From positions 68,386,001 to 68,450,000 of the forward strand of contig NC_079165.1 in the NCBI RefSeq assembly GCF_947568905.1: DNA of 64,000 nucleotides. Reading direction: 5' to 3'. Source of the DNA: Ostrea edulis (Eukaryota). Positions 36,411-50,800 of this stretch are shown here, piece by piece. The notes below the pieces were generated by a model. The model was not told the origin of the DNA. It was given only the letters and a program-made list of their open reading frames with translations, and did not search any database. The position numbers and the translations under genes were made by a program. The stretch's first letter is position 1. Every line of letters starts with the position of its first letter.

Positions 36411-37808
36411 ATTACTGGACAATGTGAGATAATCCTAAATCTTATATCATTTGTATTAGAGACACAAACTTCTCTAATAGTATGTGTCGTAATTCTCACC
36501 CAATGTCACTGGTAAAAGAAAATGTTAATCCTCCCTGTATGTGTCGTGACCTTGGATTACAGTAAATTGATTAAGGTCAATAATTAAAACGTTACAAATC
36601 ATAGGTTGTACTGTAAAAACAGTAGAAATAGTAGAAAATGATTAGTGAAGGATGTAAAAATAGCTGAACTTTATTCAATAATTTGTATGCTCATTGAATT
36701 CATCGATGAATATGTATGGCCTAAATGTACATAGAAGTATAAGTAACGACTCGTGGATGCATAAATAAATGCATAAATTGATGGAACCATAACTTACATG
36801 TACATGTTACGAGTTAATAATATATTTTTACAACCCGTTCCCATAGAGCAGATATATTGCATGATTAATACATTGTTTTAACACACTCGCATAATATTCA
36901 GTATTTCGTATTTTCACAAATAATAAGCGGTATCTATCCAATGTATATATTGATATTGGAAAACATTGGTAGAAACTGGAGACGCCCAGATACTGTTTGA
37001 AAATTTGCATATAAAAATGCACAGTTACATTGCGTTATTTCTAAGTCATTATGCAGTACTTGCATGTACTTGACCAGTAGAACCCTTGACCTCTTCTATA
37101 AAATATTCAGGTGAGCGTTATGGCCCATGAACTCTTGTGAAAAAGTAAACATTTTTTTTTTAATTCCTTCGAGCAAACGTGACGTTTGTTAATTGTTTTA
37201 CCTTCAGGATGAAAAAGGATATACGATGTGCATAATTGAGTGAATTAATTCTACTGTGTTGTGTGAGGTGACCCTGATAATTCATTGTTGAGTAAATTTG
37301 TGATGTATTCGTGGTAAAGACATTTTTGTGGGAAAACTTTCTACTGTATGCTTGTCAAATAGAAACCAATTTAGCTAAATGTTTCTCGAATTGCGTTAGT
37401 AGCTTTATTTCCCCTCCGTTAAATTCCGATCTTACGAAATCCTACGAAGATAAAAATATTTGAATTGCGACGAGATAACACAAACTTGTCAAAATGGCGT
37501 TGTAAGATAACCGTCCGGAACAATGGTGGTCCTGTATACTGTACTATGCGTGTGTCTGACCGGAATTCTAGCTCTGGTGAAAGGTAATGATTAATTTCAA
37601 ATATACTCAGAACGTTTTGGATACTCTTGAACATTACGTTTTAACTTTGGACCAAAGAAGTCTTAGTCTTTATAAATACCAGAGCCTGTTTAACAAATCC
37701 GTTGCACTATATCGATGCACCCATTTTGCAAACTATTCTAAATATGTACCATTTATGAAGTGCTAGATTAAGGTTAGGCTTACAGGAACCAATTCTTCGT
37801 GTATTTAG

Positions 37809-38735
37809 GTCAAGTACTGTTTGACTATCACAACAGTGAGGAAGTTACTCTACAGTCGAGATCCGTGCGGGTACCTGTCCCAGGAGGGCAGAAATTCCCC
37901 TTCTTCGGACAACTTTATGACAACTTCTATGTAAGAATGCGTTAACCTCTTTTTTCCCATGTAATGAGATTCTTGTATTTTAATCACTTTAAAATAATGC
38001 ACTCGTGAAGATTAAAATTGTATAGATATGCAGTACACGTGATGATTATTTCCTACGGTAAAAAAAATATCATTTCAACAAATAGAATACAGAGCCACCT
38101 TATCGGGGTGATCGATAACATTTTATCTGACCATGTATTGTTTTTCAATACACATTTTGCAAAAACTCTAATTTCTCCAAAAAGGTTTCGAAAGATGGAA
38201 TTGTAGGGTTTACTCCTGAAGCCAGACATATCATAGGAAAGGTATACTCGTTTGAACGTGAGAAATATTCAACTGAGGTGGAGGATTATCCCTTCGTGGC
38301 CCCCTTTCTTTACGGTGGTGCTCCTCTCCTGTCCCCCTTTTCAACAGGGAACAATATCTATGGAGGAAAAATTTATCATAAAGTACTACTCAACTCCCCC
38401 AGTGGGAAAATGGACCTTACGAACATGGGAAGTTACATCAATGGGGCATTTATCGGTGTGTACAACTTTACGCCATCCTATGCACTTGTGGTCACGTGGG
38501 TAAATGTTACAGATGAATTCCAGATCAGTATCGCTGGATGCGATGACAATCTAAAACCATGTAAGGTAAAATTTCCTATATGTTTATAAAAGATAGTAAA
38601 TTGTTTTCGATAACATGATGAACAGATACAATGTAGTTTTTGCAGTTGAATTTTTTTTTTGGTGCGATTTGATCCTTCAAAGGTATCAAATTATTTTCTT
38701 CGTTTCCCATTCTGTGTGTATGCGTGCGCTTGGGC

Positions 38736-38793
<58 letters not shown>

Positions 38794-41700
38794 CACTTTT
38801 TTTTATTCCAAATTACATATCTTATACTGCATGTAAGTTTGAACTATTGAATGCTACTGTATTGTGCGTACTCATCAGTAGAAATATGGTGTACATGTAT
38901 AAGATCGCTCGATAGTTTTTCCCTTAATATTTTGATTACATAAGTGTCATTGACTGCTGCGTATGCTTTAAGATGCGACTTTTCCCCACTTGTATGTTGA
39001 TGTATGATTTGTATGTAACTGAGATATACGGACCTGAAATTCACTTATCTCATTTCTAGAAAAACACATTTCAAGCAGTTTTGGTGACGGATGGAAAGGA
39101 GAGCTTTGCAATATTTAATTACAAACAAACTAAAGTAACAACGAACCCGACATACCAGGTAATTCAAAATCGGTCGCCAGGAGGCAGGCGATTTTGTCCC
39201 ACTCCGCATGCAAACAAGTTGTTCCGTTCCTTATTATGTACGAGAGTTCTCCAAAGGGAAAGAACTATGACGTATCTCGAAACTGGCGTATTATATATAT
39301 CCCAAGCCATCATTATTTAATTACTCTACTAAACTGAATTACGGTATTTACATATATTTATCAATAATCAATTTTGATAAATAACAATGTTCGATATACG
39401 GAATCTGTAAACTCGATCGTACATTTAGTTTCGCTCTTTATGGTTTTATCTCAGATAATCAGAGTAAAAAGCATTTATTCTCTTTGTTGTGCACTTTATT
39501 TTGTTCATTTTTTTTTCTATATTCATACGCTAACTTTTTAATACTATATTAAATAAAAATTGAAATAGCTATTTTTACAGCTCAATACATTCTACATAAG
39601 AGCATTTTTATTTAGGAATGAAAGCTACTTAAAATACAAGGGGATACTATCTAAGATGTGAGCAATAACCTAAGCCTGTCAGAATGAGCTATAGTGAAGG
39701 ACTTTGATCCCACCTAAAATATTTCCAGGGGTCTGTGTTTGTCTTACTCTCATTTTCGTATTCTTTCGGGATTTATGATATAGATCACTCTTCGTTATCT
39801 TCACTTTTTCACTTTGCATAGTTCTGATAGTTATTTTAAAGTAGTTGCGGCCGAATTTGCGTCAATAAGTTTTCTTGTTTCGACTCTTTCAGCAAATTAC
39901 ATATATAAATTGCTTCCTTGAGATATAGTCTGTGCACGCTTCAACTATAGATCAAATTTTCGCTTTCATCACACTTGACGATTTGCAAGAGTAATTATTG
40001 CAATTAATTGTCCTCATTGTTTTTGTTGAACTTTTAGATCTTAGTAAGAAATCTACCATGAGTTTTATTGCGAGAAGTTGAATTTGACTTACATTTCGAT
40101 TGACCTACTTTTACAAAAGTTATGACCATTTTTATAAAATTTCATTGATAGATTTTGTGTTGTTTTAGCATTACTCTCAAACCGTTTCAGACCGGGTTTA
40201 ATGCTGGGTATGGGAGAGGGTGGAGTGAGGCCATGCCTAGCGCTAGTCTTCAAAACGCTGATTCACTAAAGGGCAGTGACATTATTGGACGTTTCTTTTA
40301 CAAAATAGATCGGGAGAGGATCGTCAAAGGTGGATGCAATGGTCAAAGAAACGCAATTGGTGAGAAAAAGGAAACATGCGCAAAAATATTAACCGTACTT
40401 CATATTGGGTCTTATCAAATATGTAAAAGAAAATGAGAATATTTATTACTATATGTTCCCAATGCATCGTCCCTTGGTACCTTTAGTTGATGATGAACTA
40501 TGCTGTACTCTTTTTTGCTATGTTTATAATGTATATGCCCCTAGGGGCCAGTTATTTAATGATAAACTATCTGTATCTTAATGGAAATGTTAGCTGCTTG
40601 TAAAGTGAACTTTTATATTTTTACTTGATTCATGTTTTACAGAAAATGACTATTGTTTCAGGTCGATTACAAGTGACTCCAGGTTTTGCGGGTATGCTTG
40701 GCGGAGAAATGCTGGAGGTTTCCGGGCCCTGTCTAATGCCAAGGGATCAGCTATACTTAAGGGCTGGAACACAAAGATCATACTCTGCGTGTTCCATGAT
40801 CAACAGCATGAAGGCACGCTGTCCTGTACCGATGCTGTTAGAGAGAGGCGAAGTCAATATAGCCTTATCACTTGACGAAAAGATACACTTTTACTACGAC
40901 ACCACCATAACAATAGGTTAGAAACAATCATAAGATTTCTACCAAAACGTTTTTAACAATAAATAATAATGACCGTGCTTTAACCCAAACATTTCACCGT
41001 CCACACAGTGCATCCAAGCAGAATGCCCAAAGACACAAAAATCAGTCTGCACGATAACGGGTCCGGGCGGAGGTGGAATGAGACGTCTGCTAAAGCGTTG
41101 ATGTTGAGTTGGGATCCGAACCTCCTCTCCACAGATCCTAACGCCATCGTTGATATTAACTTTGTGGGATTCATTGAAAACGAAAAGACATACAAGGTAA
41201 TTTTAAAAAGTCCTGAATGAATCTATGAGTTTGCATCAACCTTATACATGTACATCAACCTATATATATAATATATGTATACATCAACTTATATATGTAT
41301 ATATCAACCTATATATGTATACATCAACATATATATGTATATATTAACTTATATATGTATACATCAAACTTGAACTGTTTTCTGCGTGTTATGTTCACCG
41401 ACAATATAAAAAACAATAATAAAAAATCTGCCATGTGAATTAAGATATCGTAAACGATTTCTACATAGGCTATTTTCAATGACTTGTCGGTTATCGTGAC
41501 TTGTATGTTACTCTTTACTGCCGTGATTTAATGAGATATAATTACATTTTCATATCCATACTGATGAAATTACTAGTATACGGAATGACCTACATTGTTA
41601 CATGTATTTCGGATTTGGTTGAGCATCACAGAAGAGACATTATTTGTCGGAATGCGCATCTGGTGCATCAAAATTGGTACCGTATAAGTTTTACATTCAC

Positions 41701-44700
41701 CAGTTCACATATCTCTTCTCCACTGCATCTGCCGCTACACTCCCGTCATGAGATTTTGCCATACATCTACACCCTTGATGATCTCAATCTAGCCAATCGA
41801 AGGAAAACTCGGATTTTTTTTCCAGAGGTGTGGAGGACTGTGGTCACAAAGTTTAACTGGAGACTCGTACATGTAAACTTTCTTGAAAATCAAGATGGCC
41901 GCCACATGGATTACGTTAATTGATTGATTGTGGTAGTCTATGAGAGTTTGTAAAATATCCAACATACATGTATATTGATGCATGCTATATGCGACACCGA
42001 TGCAAGTATTACAAACCGAAAGGTTTCATTGTGCTTTGGAGGGTTTTCCGTTCGTTCAAAATACACGGAATGTACGGATCACTCTGACTCGTTTGAATTG
42101 TGTTGCAAAAGGAATTCATCGTAATAATATTACAAGATGATTTTCTGAGAATTATTTGAATCTTAGTGATGTTAGAGAACAACAGCGTTGTATCATACAC
42201 AACACCACACAACCGACATCACCATGTGAATATAACCGATTACATTCAATTTAGTTGTCCTGTTTATTGTGTGGCTGTTGTATCTGGTAGATGCACAAGC
42301 ACGGATGCCTGTGGAAAAAAATAACTTCCAAACTTTGAACGTGAACGGTTATTTGTTTTACAAATGTTGTGCTATAATACGAAACGGGTGTTCAGACTTT
42401 TGTATAACGAGATTACTTGTGTTATATTTAACTTCTCTGCACACCTTGAACGGTCTATATGATTATACAAATATAATCATTAATGTATTTGTATTAACTA
42501 TAAGTAATTGCCCAACTTTGAAATGCATTCTGTTTGATTGATAACTTGACGTTATATCGATAGTTTACGCAGACACGTCCATTGTATAGTGAGTTCCTAT
42601 CATACGGTATCCCAAGTTCCTGGTCAAATCATTTTAAAATAGTTTCATGATTTAATGTAAAACCTTTCAGACTCCAGGAACAGAACACAAATAACTTTAT
42701 CTTCCTACATTATGAATTCAAATATTGTTATTGGTGTTTGATTATTCAGGCTGGATGGAACAAACGTATCACCTTGAGCTCACGTGATGTACGCGTGAGT
42801 GAGAAAACGTACGTGTTTAATGCATCCAACGTGTTCTGTGACAACGAGTGTGCTAAGTACGAAGTAGGCGTGGTCGAAGTGAGCGTTAGAGATGTTTCAA
42901 AGGCCGCTAGCAGAAGGTAAGAATGAATAGACGGATAAATCCGGATATTGAAAATAGTCCGTACTACGATGAAGACAAATTCCTTCGTCTTTTAGAGCGA
43001 TGTTCAGTGGTGTTGTTCCCATGGGATGGTTAGTGAATAGCAGAATGTTGGCGCTATATGGCAATAACTGGCAACACGCTAAATGTGTGGCATGGTATAA
43101 TGAGGACCGGAAGGATATGAGGTGGTTAGAACAACTTGAGTATTGCCCGTGTAATGTACAGCAGGCTCTGTCAGATTTCGGAAGATGGCAGACAGATGTT
43201 GGTTGTAATCTTTACAGCAACAACCCCAATAAATGTCGATTTCATCTGGGTGCAGTGCATTGTGTTCGCGCAGTTCAGCCAACACGGTAGGGTATTTTGT
43301 ATTAAAAATAATATTATGCAAGGCAAATCATTGCATTTCATACAGAAATTTAAAAACTGAAGTCTCGACAAATTAAATAAGTGCGTGATTGTGTTAATTA
43401 CTTTGTAAAGACAAGAAGGAGCTGGGAATCAATGTTGTTATGGAGCCGATGGACAGCTCCGATTTTCTGCCGACACATTTCAAGGAAGCACACCAGATAG
43501 AAGTCATGATTGGGGAGCGGCACCTTACGTGAAACCTGGTCTCGTGCCATCTCTGTCCCATTGGATCAAGGATGTGGTCACATTCTACTACTGTTGTCTA
43601 TGGACGGATTATCAAGACTGTGATTATTATATGGACCAACGTGCAACTCGAGATTGCTCAGGATACTCTCCCCCAAAGCAAGGTAAAACAATCTACTATA
43701 TAGAAAGGTTGCTAACCTTGGTGTTTTAATAATTTCGCATTCATGATCATAGACAGTTCTGAATTATCAAAACTGTTCCATTTTGTGTTTTAAGCAATGG
43801 TATTTGGTCAATCTAACGTGAGGACCTTTGATGGCCAGAGTTACCATGTGTGTGGGACGGGAGATTTTGTGCTTCTAAATTCGACTGACGTAAAAATTGT
43901 GGGGCGATTTCAAAAGTCACCTTTCAATCGTAGGTTCATCACATATTGACAAATATAAGATTTTTCTTGAATTAGATTAAAATGTATCTGGATTGTATAA
44001 GATTGTGAGACGTTCTTTAAACTTGTAGCTCAGTACAACAGATCCGTCATTTTAACTGCCGTCGGCATCCATATCAAACAGGAAATGATAGAAATCAAAA
44101 TGAAAGGCCCGCAAGTTGATAGAAGCACAAGAACGTTAGACGTTGTGGTCAACGGAGAGTTTCATTATTTTGACCAGGGTCCTCGGCGATGGAAGGACTT
44201 CAAAGGTATGCACATACAGACGCTTCTGATGAATAGTTAAGTTTTTTAAAAATCATGATAAGTTTTCAATGAGAAAAGTGGTTTACTGCGTTTTATAGAG
44301 TCCGCTGTTGTAAACAGTGACGATCGTGCCAACACCAAGGAATCTAACTTTACTGTTATTGTGAAAAATGGTGTAGGGATCCAAATAGCTGAAGAGAACG
44401 ACATGCTCAGTCTCATTGTTATGATTCCACCGCAAGTAAGTAACATCCTTACAAGAAATTCAAGTTCCGCTGAATCAAGGATGGTACATTGATAAAGTGT
44501 CGTTATCAATAATAAAATTACTTCGCATTATTACATCCCTATAAACAATGGATGAAGTGTATTAAGCATAGATATGGGAATGTTCACGCGGTATATTTCA
44601 TGAATATGCTTGTTTTTTGTGGAAATAGCACACCTTTAAAAATAGTTTTCCAATCAGAAACACTTGATACCTTTGCAAGAATATTGGTGATACATTAGAC

Positions 44701-47700
44701 CACTTCAAGTGAAATAATGTAATATAATTTAAAGCCATTCCCTGAGAAAATGAGTCGTACTTTGTAGTTCTGAGAGAACACTGTTTACTTGGATTTGCAG
44801 TTTGATAGTAATGGTTTGCTTGGTTCATGGAATAATAACGCGAGCGATGATCTAGCTTCAACGAACGGAACAGTCCCCCCAACAACTACCAATCCAAGCC
44901 GGTTATACGAGCAATTTGTGTATAGTTGTACGTATTTTATGTGTATTTGATTTATACATGATTATTTTCAATCTTAGACCACATAAGCTATATTTTATGC
45001 GGAACTATTGTGGAGGCCAACTCTTTTAAGTACGAGTTCGATGGGTTTTTTTTATCTGAAGATATCAGAGGTACTGAAGTATTGATGAAATTCGCTGTAG
45101 AGTTAATGCTTTTTACAAGATTTAAAAGGAAGAACACATTTGTCATATTTTGTATTAGTACTAGTAAACGAAGTGTCTGAAGTATCACGATTATTTAAAA
45201 ATAGTTTGAGCGAGATCGCTGGGTATATTTCCTGTATATTGTAGGGGCTGTAGAGAGATCCAGCTCCTTCGTCCTGCCCTACCCAACTTATGCCAAAGCT
45301 ACATCTAGCCTCTGTACAGCGATATCAACTTCACATCCATCTTGTATGTTGGACTCGGCGTGTGACTATGACTTGTGGAGTACGGGGAACAACTCATTGG
45401 CGCAAAAAACGCGGTCATTTTCGCAGAGGTACCAAGAACTCCAAAGCGAGCTCCTTCCAGGTCGGTGAATTGTCTAAATTATTATCAACATTGCTTAAAA
45501 CCTTCATTTGCAGCATTTCCTTATTTTAACATACTTTATTTCAATCATATGGTCAAAAACACATAAGTCACAGCAAGCGCCGATCTGTCAGTTGAATTAT
45601 CAAAACTAAATCAGGGGTGTGATTTCTCCTCTTTTCAGAGGAAATGCTCTGCTGATTCGCTCAATTTTCGGAAAAAACAAAACATGAAACATTCTAGGTT
45701 GGATTTAAATTGATAGAAAATGATATTTTTCCAAGTAGGATAAAGTGTTTTCCTCCCTTTTTGACCATTTTCCCACTGATTTCTGAGGAATTCAGTCACA
45801 TCCCTAATTATTCTAACTTTTTTAGAGAAAAAACATTTTGGCTGCAATATTCTCCTCTTCTTAACATGAACGAGTAGACAAATTCTACCGAATTAGATTT
45901 ACTTGTAATCGCAAAATCGTGAACACTTATCACCTAGTCCGTTTATTATCAATATTATTCAAACTAACATTGTGAAAAAAGTTTTGTTTGCAACATTTTC
46001 CTATTTTCAACATCGACGCTCATGAGCATTATGTTTCACATCAATGGCCGCCTCTATAATACATGTACCACCACAGTGTCTCTTAAGGTCAGATCATACG
46101 TAATAATCGATGATTTCATCATATATCCATGTGGTCCATAAAGTGCCGCCTTCGCAGGATGATAAAGGATTCTTTTTTAACCCCTAAATCTTCCGTATAT
46201 ATAGTTTTCCATGAAATTGGTATATTTGTGTTAGATGTAGTTTACGTTGGGGGAAAAACCCTTATGATATTTCTTCTCTTCGGATGGTGTGTGTGACTTT
46301 TGAGAGTATATGAGCATTTAATGAAAGATATAATGAGGCAGGGTATTATAATTTTCTTCCACTTGCTCAATAGTTTGGACTGATCAACCGACTCCAGTTC
46401 AGTGATTTGCCTTTGGAGGTCGTAAATCTACTCAATGTATAACCATAGTATCAAACTTTTAAGTTGAAACATGAAACAAATCTAATGTTATCCAACTTCT
46501 CCAAGCGCTTGATGTTACAAAATATATCGAAAATCACATAATAGGACATGTAACTACACTAAATATCAACATAAAGTATTGTAGTAAAACACGATTAAAG
46601 CGAACCTGTACATTCATTAGACGTCGCGCACGCTATTGGTTTCAATTTAGGTAACTTCAATATGACGTTAAAACGCAACGTCAGAACATCGATATACAAC
46701 AACTTACTTTGATATAAGTTTTGATGAAAGAAAAATATAAAATTGATATTCCAGGCGTTTGACAGTTGAGGCGAACGCAGTATAAAACTCATTAGATATT
46801 TTCCTTAGGAATTATATGTACATGTGTACATGTACAAAAGTGTATGCTTCTCATTGTAGTACGTTCATGTGGTTTGCTGGCTGTTCCGCGTAGTATAAAG
46901 GATAATTATAACTACAGTCTCGGGAGCACTGTTACTGTTGAAAGTTGTAGGATTGGACACTTAACAGGAAGGACGCAATACACATGTACCAATGAAGGCC
47001 AAGGAAGCCAGGTGTGGTCTCCCCCTGTCAATGCTGCTTGCCAAGGTATGAAGTCGTTTAAGAATACATATGTAATTCCCGTTGTTATATAACGGAGATT
47101 TGGAAACGGGGTCTTTACCTGAGGTACTCGATGCATAATTTGACCCAAGTTTTCATCAAAGGAAAACTAGATATTAAAAACCCTGGTTTACAATAAATGC
47201 ATGGTATCCACATATAATGATTGGCTATGAGATTTACAATATCTCCTAATTGATTTAACATAAAAGCCGAAGGAAATCATATAATTTGCATATCAAATAA
47301 AAGAAAGATAATTTCATAAGATAGCTGCACAAAACAATTTTTTTCACAATATACAAAAAAAACTGTAAGTTGCCATACACAATCAGACAAACAAAGTAAT
47401 TTTTTTTTTCATTTTCAAGCCAAGAAACATAAAAACAACTCTATCTGTCTCTGACATTTGTAACAGGCTTACTGTGTGTATGTTGTTTTACACCTCATAG
47501 AAAATTATTAACTCCTATAGACACATCGCTACATATAACAGTATATGAAGTATCATAAATATTGACCACTGCATGGCGCTCAAGACTGTAACAGTGGGGG
47601 TTTCTTTATCATACAACGCCTACCGCGATAAGGTGTCTGTAGGGTCCGTGACTGTCTCTTCTATTGCCGGGAGCTTGGCAAAGGTTCGGTCACTACATGT

Positions 47701-49425
47701 ACCTATATTAACAAGTCTGACGCCGTGCCTGTATCGAACTCGGAACCACCCGGGTACAAAACGACCCCTAACTACTCCTGCGATCGGTATTTAAAATCAA
47801 TTTACCAATAAATCATTTAGGTGAAAAACTATATTGATATTTTCAATCAAAATAAGTGTTCTATCCACTACTTCGACCGATAGTAAAAACTAATTTACCA
47901 ATAAATCATTTATACGAACAAGTTTATTGATATCTTAAATCTATTTTTCTAACAAAATTTTCAATGAAGCTCCAAAGTGTATATAGTATTTCGTAGCGAT
48001 AGATAATAGAAACTTAGGAAAATGTCATCATCCTTTTTTTTTGTAATCGCATCATATAGATTCTACAATATAGGTATTGTAATGTTAAAAACAATTTAGT
48101 ACGATTAATGTATGAAGTTACAATTTTCGCACCATTTCTACTGAGAATTTATGTTTTAACTTTAAGGATTAGCTTTCTGAATGGGTGTATGTTGTTAGGA
48201 ACACTCCTTTCTTCTCCATTGCTTTGTGTGCTTTTATTCGCCGCTCATTTTGGTTTAAATAGCTCATGGTACTCCGTCCTTAAAACTGCACCCAAGAATA
48301 TCCTTCTACAAAATTCCCAATGCAAATATAAATGCCGAAAGCTATGATATGAATTACTACTACCGGATGCAAGGCGAAATTGTTAAGGATTGCATAACAT
48401 TAATTCGTTACAAAACCTTTTTCGTCTGAAATCATTGATTGAAATTAGAAACAGTTGACGTTTTTTTGGTTGTATCTGTGGTGGCTGGTACGTCAGTTGG
48501 TTTAGATGAGTAACTGTTGATGTGTTTTGGTTGTATCTGTCGTGGCTGATACGTCAGATAGTTTGGATGAGTAACTGTTGATGTGTTTTTGGTTGTATCT
48601 GTAGTGGCTGGTACGTCAGATAGTTTGGATGAGTAACTGTTAATGTATTTTGATTGTATCTGTAGTGGCTGGTACGTCAGATAGTTTGGATGAGTAACTG
48701 TTAATGTATTTTTGGTTGTATCTGTAGTGGCTGATACGTCAGATAGTTTGGACGAGGGAGCGGTAGCGGGGATTGTTATAGCGGTAGTCCTGGTGCTGGT
48801 TGTGATTGCGGTCTTGGTTGTCTTCGCCAGGAGAAAAGGAAAAAAGAAAACCTCTAGAGGGTAAAATCACCTCCGATGTGAATACATTAACTTTATTGAT
48901 GCCTACATGTAATAGTGATTTACTATGATAGAGACAGTCTAGGTTCAATTCAATTTTCATTTCAGTTTGTTAATTTGAAGGAGTGAATCTTGATAACAAT
49001 ATCCTATAGTTCTATATTGTTTATAATATTGTACATTTTGTTGTGGGTTTTTTTTCTCTCAGAGAGAGTGACGAAGCGAGATCTGGGTAAGAGTTCTTTT
49101 TATACATCACTTACCGCAGCAATGCTTATTTCTAAAGTACAATATAATTATGTGATTGATCAAATGAATAATAAGATTCGGTGTATTCGTGTAGTCTGGG
49201 GACAACACCATTTTCAGTATTCTATGTAATGGATGTTGGAAGTGTAGGAACTAAATATCCTTAGACACATATTACCCATTGTAATACAGAAATACTATGA
49301 TTGTAAACATTATGTTATTTTTATTTAGGAAGAACCGCTCATACGTTGAAGACTATGACCCGCGATATGACACCGCCCAACTTCCGATGGGGCACAAGAA
49401 AACGAAAGGCGAATCAACAATATGA
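37809..49425 (+). CDS. Mesh/SUSD2-like type I membrane protein (NIDO-IPT-AMOP-VWD-Sushi-TM); signal-peptide exon not identified
   Basis: Phase-consistent GT-AG exons: 37809-37930 (FPFFGQLY), 38185-38565, 39060-39158 (NTFQAVLVTDG), 40191-40359, 40662-40916 (GMLGG...GPC), 41009-41196, 42750-42916, 42996-43286 and 43411-43682 (AMOP: CPC, QCCY, YYCC), 43795-43929 (RTFDG), 44029-44205, 44299-44435, 44801-44927 (GLLGSWN), 45245-45460, 46860-47045 (Sushi), 48728-48860 (TM), 49063-49086, 49329-49425 (ends GESTI*). Confidence 0.88.
38738..38791. repeat. (GT)n microsatellite
   Basis: About 27 uninterrupted GT units. Confidence 0.98.
41240..41370. repeat. ~20-bp AT-rich minisatellite (tatatatgtatacatcaac[c/t])
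   Basis: 6-7 visible tandem units in a Mesh-like intron. Confidence 0.85.
41606..41697 (+). mobile_element. Solo retrozyme repeat with a mutated hammerhead
   Basis: Reverse complement of the 4837-4940 repeat; core changed to CAGAAGA (U4A) and GGAA (A13G). Confidence 0.8.
48462..48756 (+). repeat. Five ~61-bp tandem copies of the intron end and first codons of the transmembrane exon
   Basis: Unit ttttggttgtatctgt[ag]tggctg[ag]tacgtcagatagtttggatgagtaactgtt.atgt. Confidence 0.9.
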
Positions 49426-50069
49426 GGCCTATAATGAACAAGAGAAACGGGAATTTATCACGCCACATCATTCATGGAACAAAACTGCCTCAATTTTTGT
49501 GTCCTGTGTAAGTGAGATGTAAGAATGTTGTGTTTGACATACTAAACAAATTACACTTTATAACTACAATTTAGTGATAAAATTTTGCATATATATATGT
49601 AGTGTGGATGCGTCTGTGGATATGTAGTTCTTTAATATACATGTACTATATATGTATGTGAGTTGATTTGAGTTTTCAGAAACATCCTCTTGCCATCAAC
49701 ATAAAGAGCATCCCTTTATACTTGGCACATATACAATGTATTTACACTTATATTGTAGGCTCTAGTGATATTGTTTTACAGTAATCCGGTTTGCTTCCTT
49801 ATCGAATTATTTTTCTTTGCTTTAGATTGTGTCATATTCCGTTCATCTTCCATGTATTATACTGTCTCGTATTAAGTTGGCATTCAACGTGTAACATTTA
49901 CATTTCCAAGGTTTTTGTCTTTGATTATGATAGTAATGATTACCATTTCCCCCATGAAAGCGCTGCAGTTGTGAACAGTGCGCGCATGGATCTTTATAAA
50001 CATAGTACGTATATTTTAACGGCTGGGAATTCCGACAGAAATGATAGTGTAAATGTATAAACAAAACTT

Positions 50070-50800
50070 ATTTCACTTTTATACGCCCATCTTTAGATGG
50101 AAGTATTATTGTACAGTGATGTACAAATGTATTTACGAACATGAACGTCTGTCCTTTCAGGGTTTTCTGTTTCTATTTTCATTTCTCTGTCACATATCAA
50201 GCTGAAATTTGCTGTACAAATTGTATCTTTGTAGATCATTCTAGATCATGTTGCAATTCAATCTATTTCGAACTCTCTCGCATGAGTATTGTCCCTTTAT
50301 TTTAAATTTAATGTTATATGGCGGGTGTATGAATTGTCCGCCTAATTCCCCCCAGAGTTTTTAAGTGAGGATCTACATGTACTTATTTTACAGTTTTTCT
50401 ATGGATATTGAAGATGTGCATGTGGCAAGGTTTTCGATTTGTCTTAAATTTTGAAGAAAATGACAGGCTGTCAGTTGTGAGGAAATGTTACATAAGCTAG
50501 TCCATGATTTGTCCGTATTAGCTTCTCCCAGAGGTTTGAAATGCGGACCTTCTTCATTCTACAGAGTGTTTGTATGGAATTTGTACATTGTATATCTGTA
50601 AACGACTTGAAGATGTGCGTAATGCAAGGATTTTGATTCCCAACTTTTAAAAAGAAAAATCTTCGATGTTTGAAAAAAAAATTACATATTGTTAAACTTT
50701 GTCAATTTTTGAAAATATTTAAACACAGGGCTCTTGGTTTGTTTATTTACAGCCTGTCACAGTTCTTAAACTAGAACCTTTTCTCCATACATGTACATGT
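50070..50800 (+). mobile_element. Helitron-type non-autonomous element
   Basis: ttttatacgccc...gtctgtcc start and repeated 'tgaagatgtgc...caaggattttgat' units. Confidence 0.5.

Noticed and set aside
37208-37267. Signal-peptide exon of the Mesh-like gene (MKKDIRCA*LSELILLCCV)
   Set aside because: It has an in-frame TAA and ends in phase 2, whereas the next exon needs phase 1; left unresolved.
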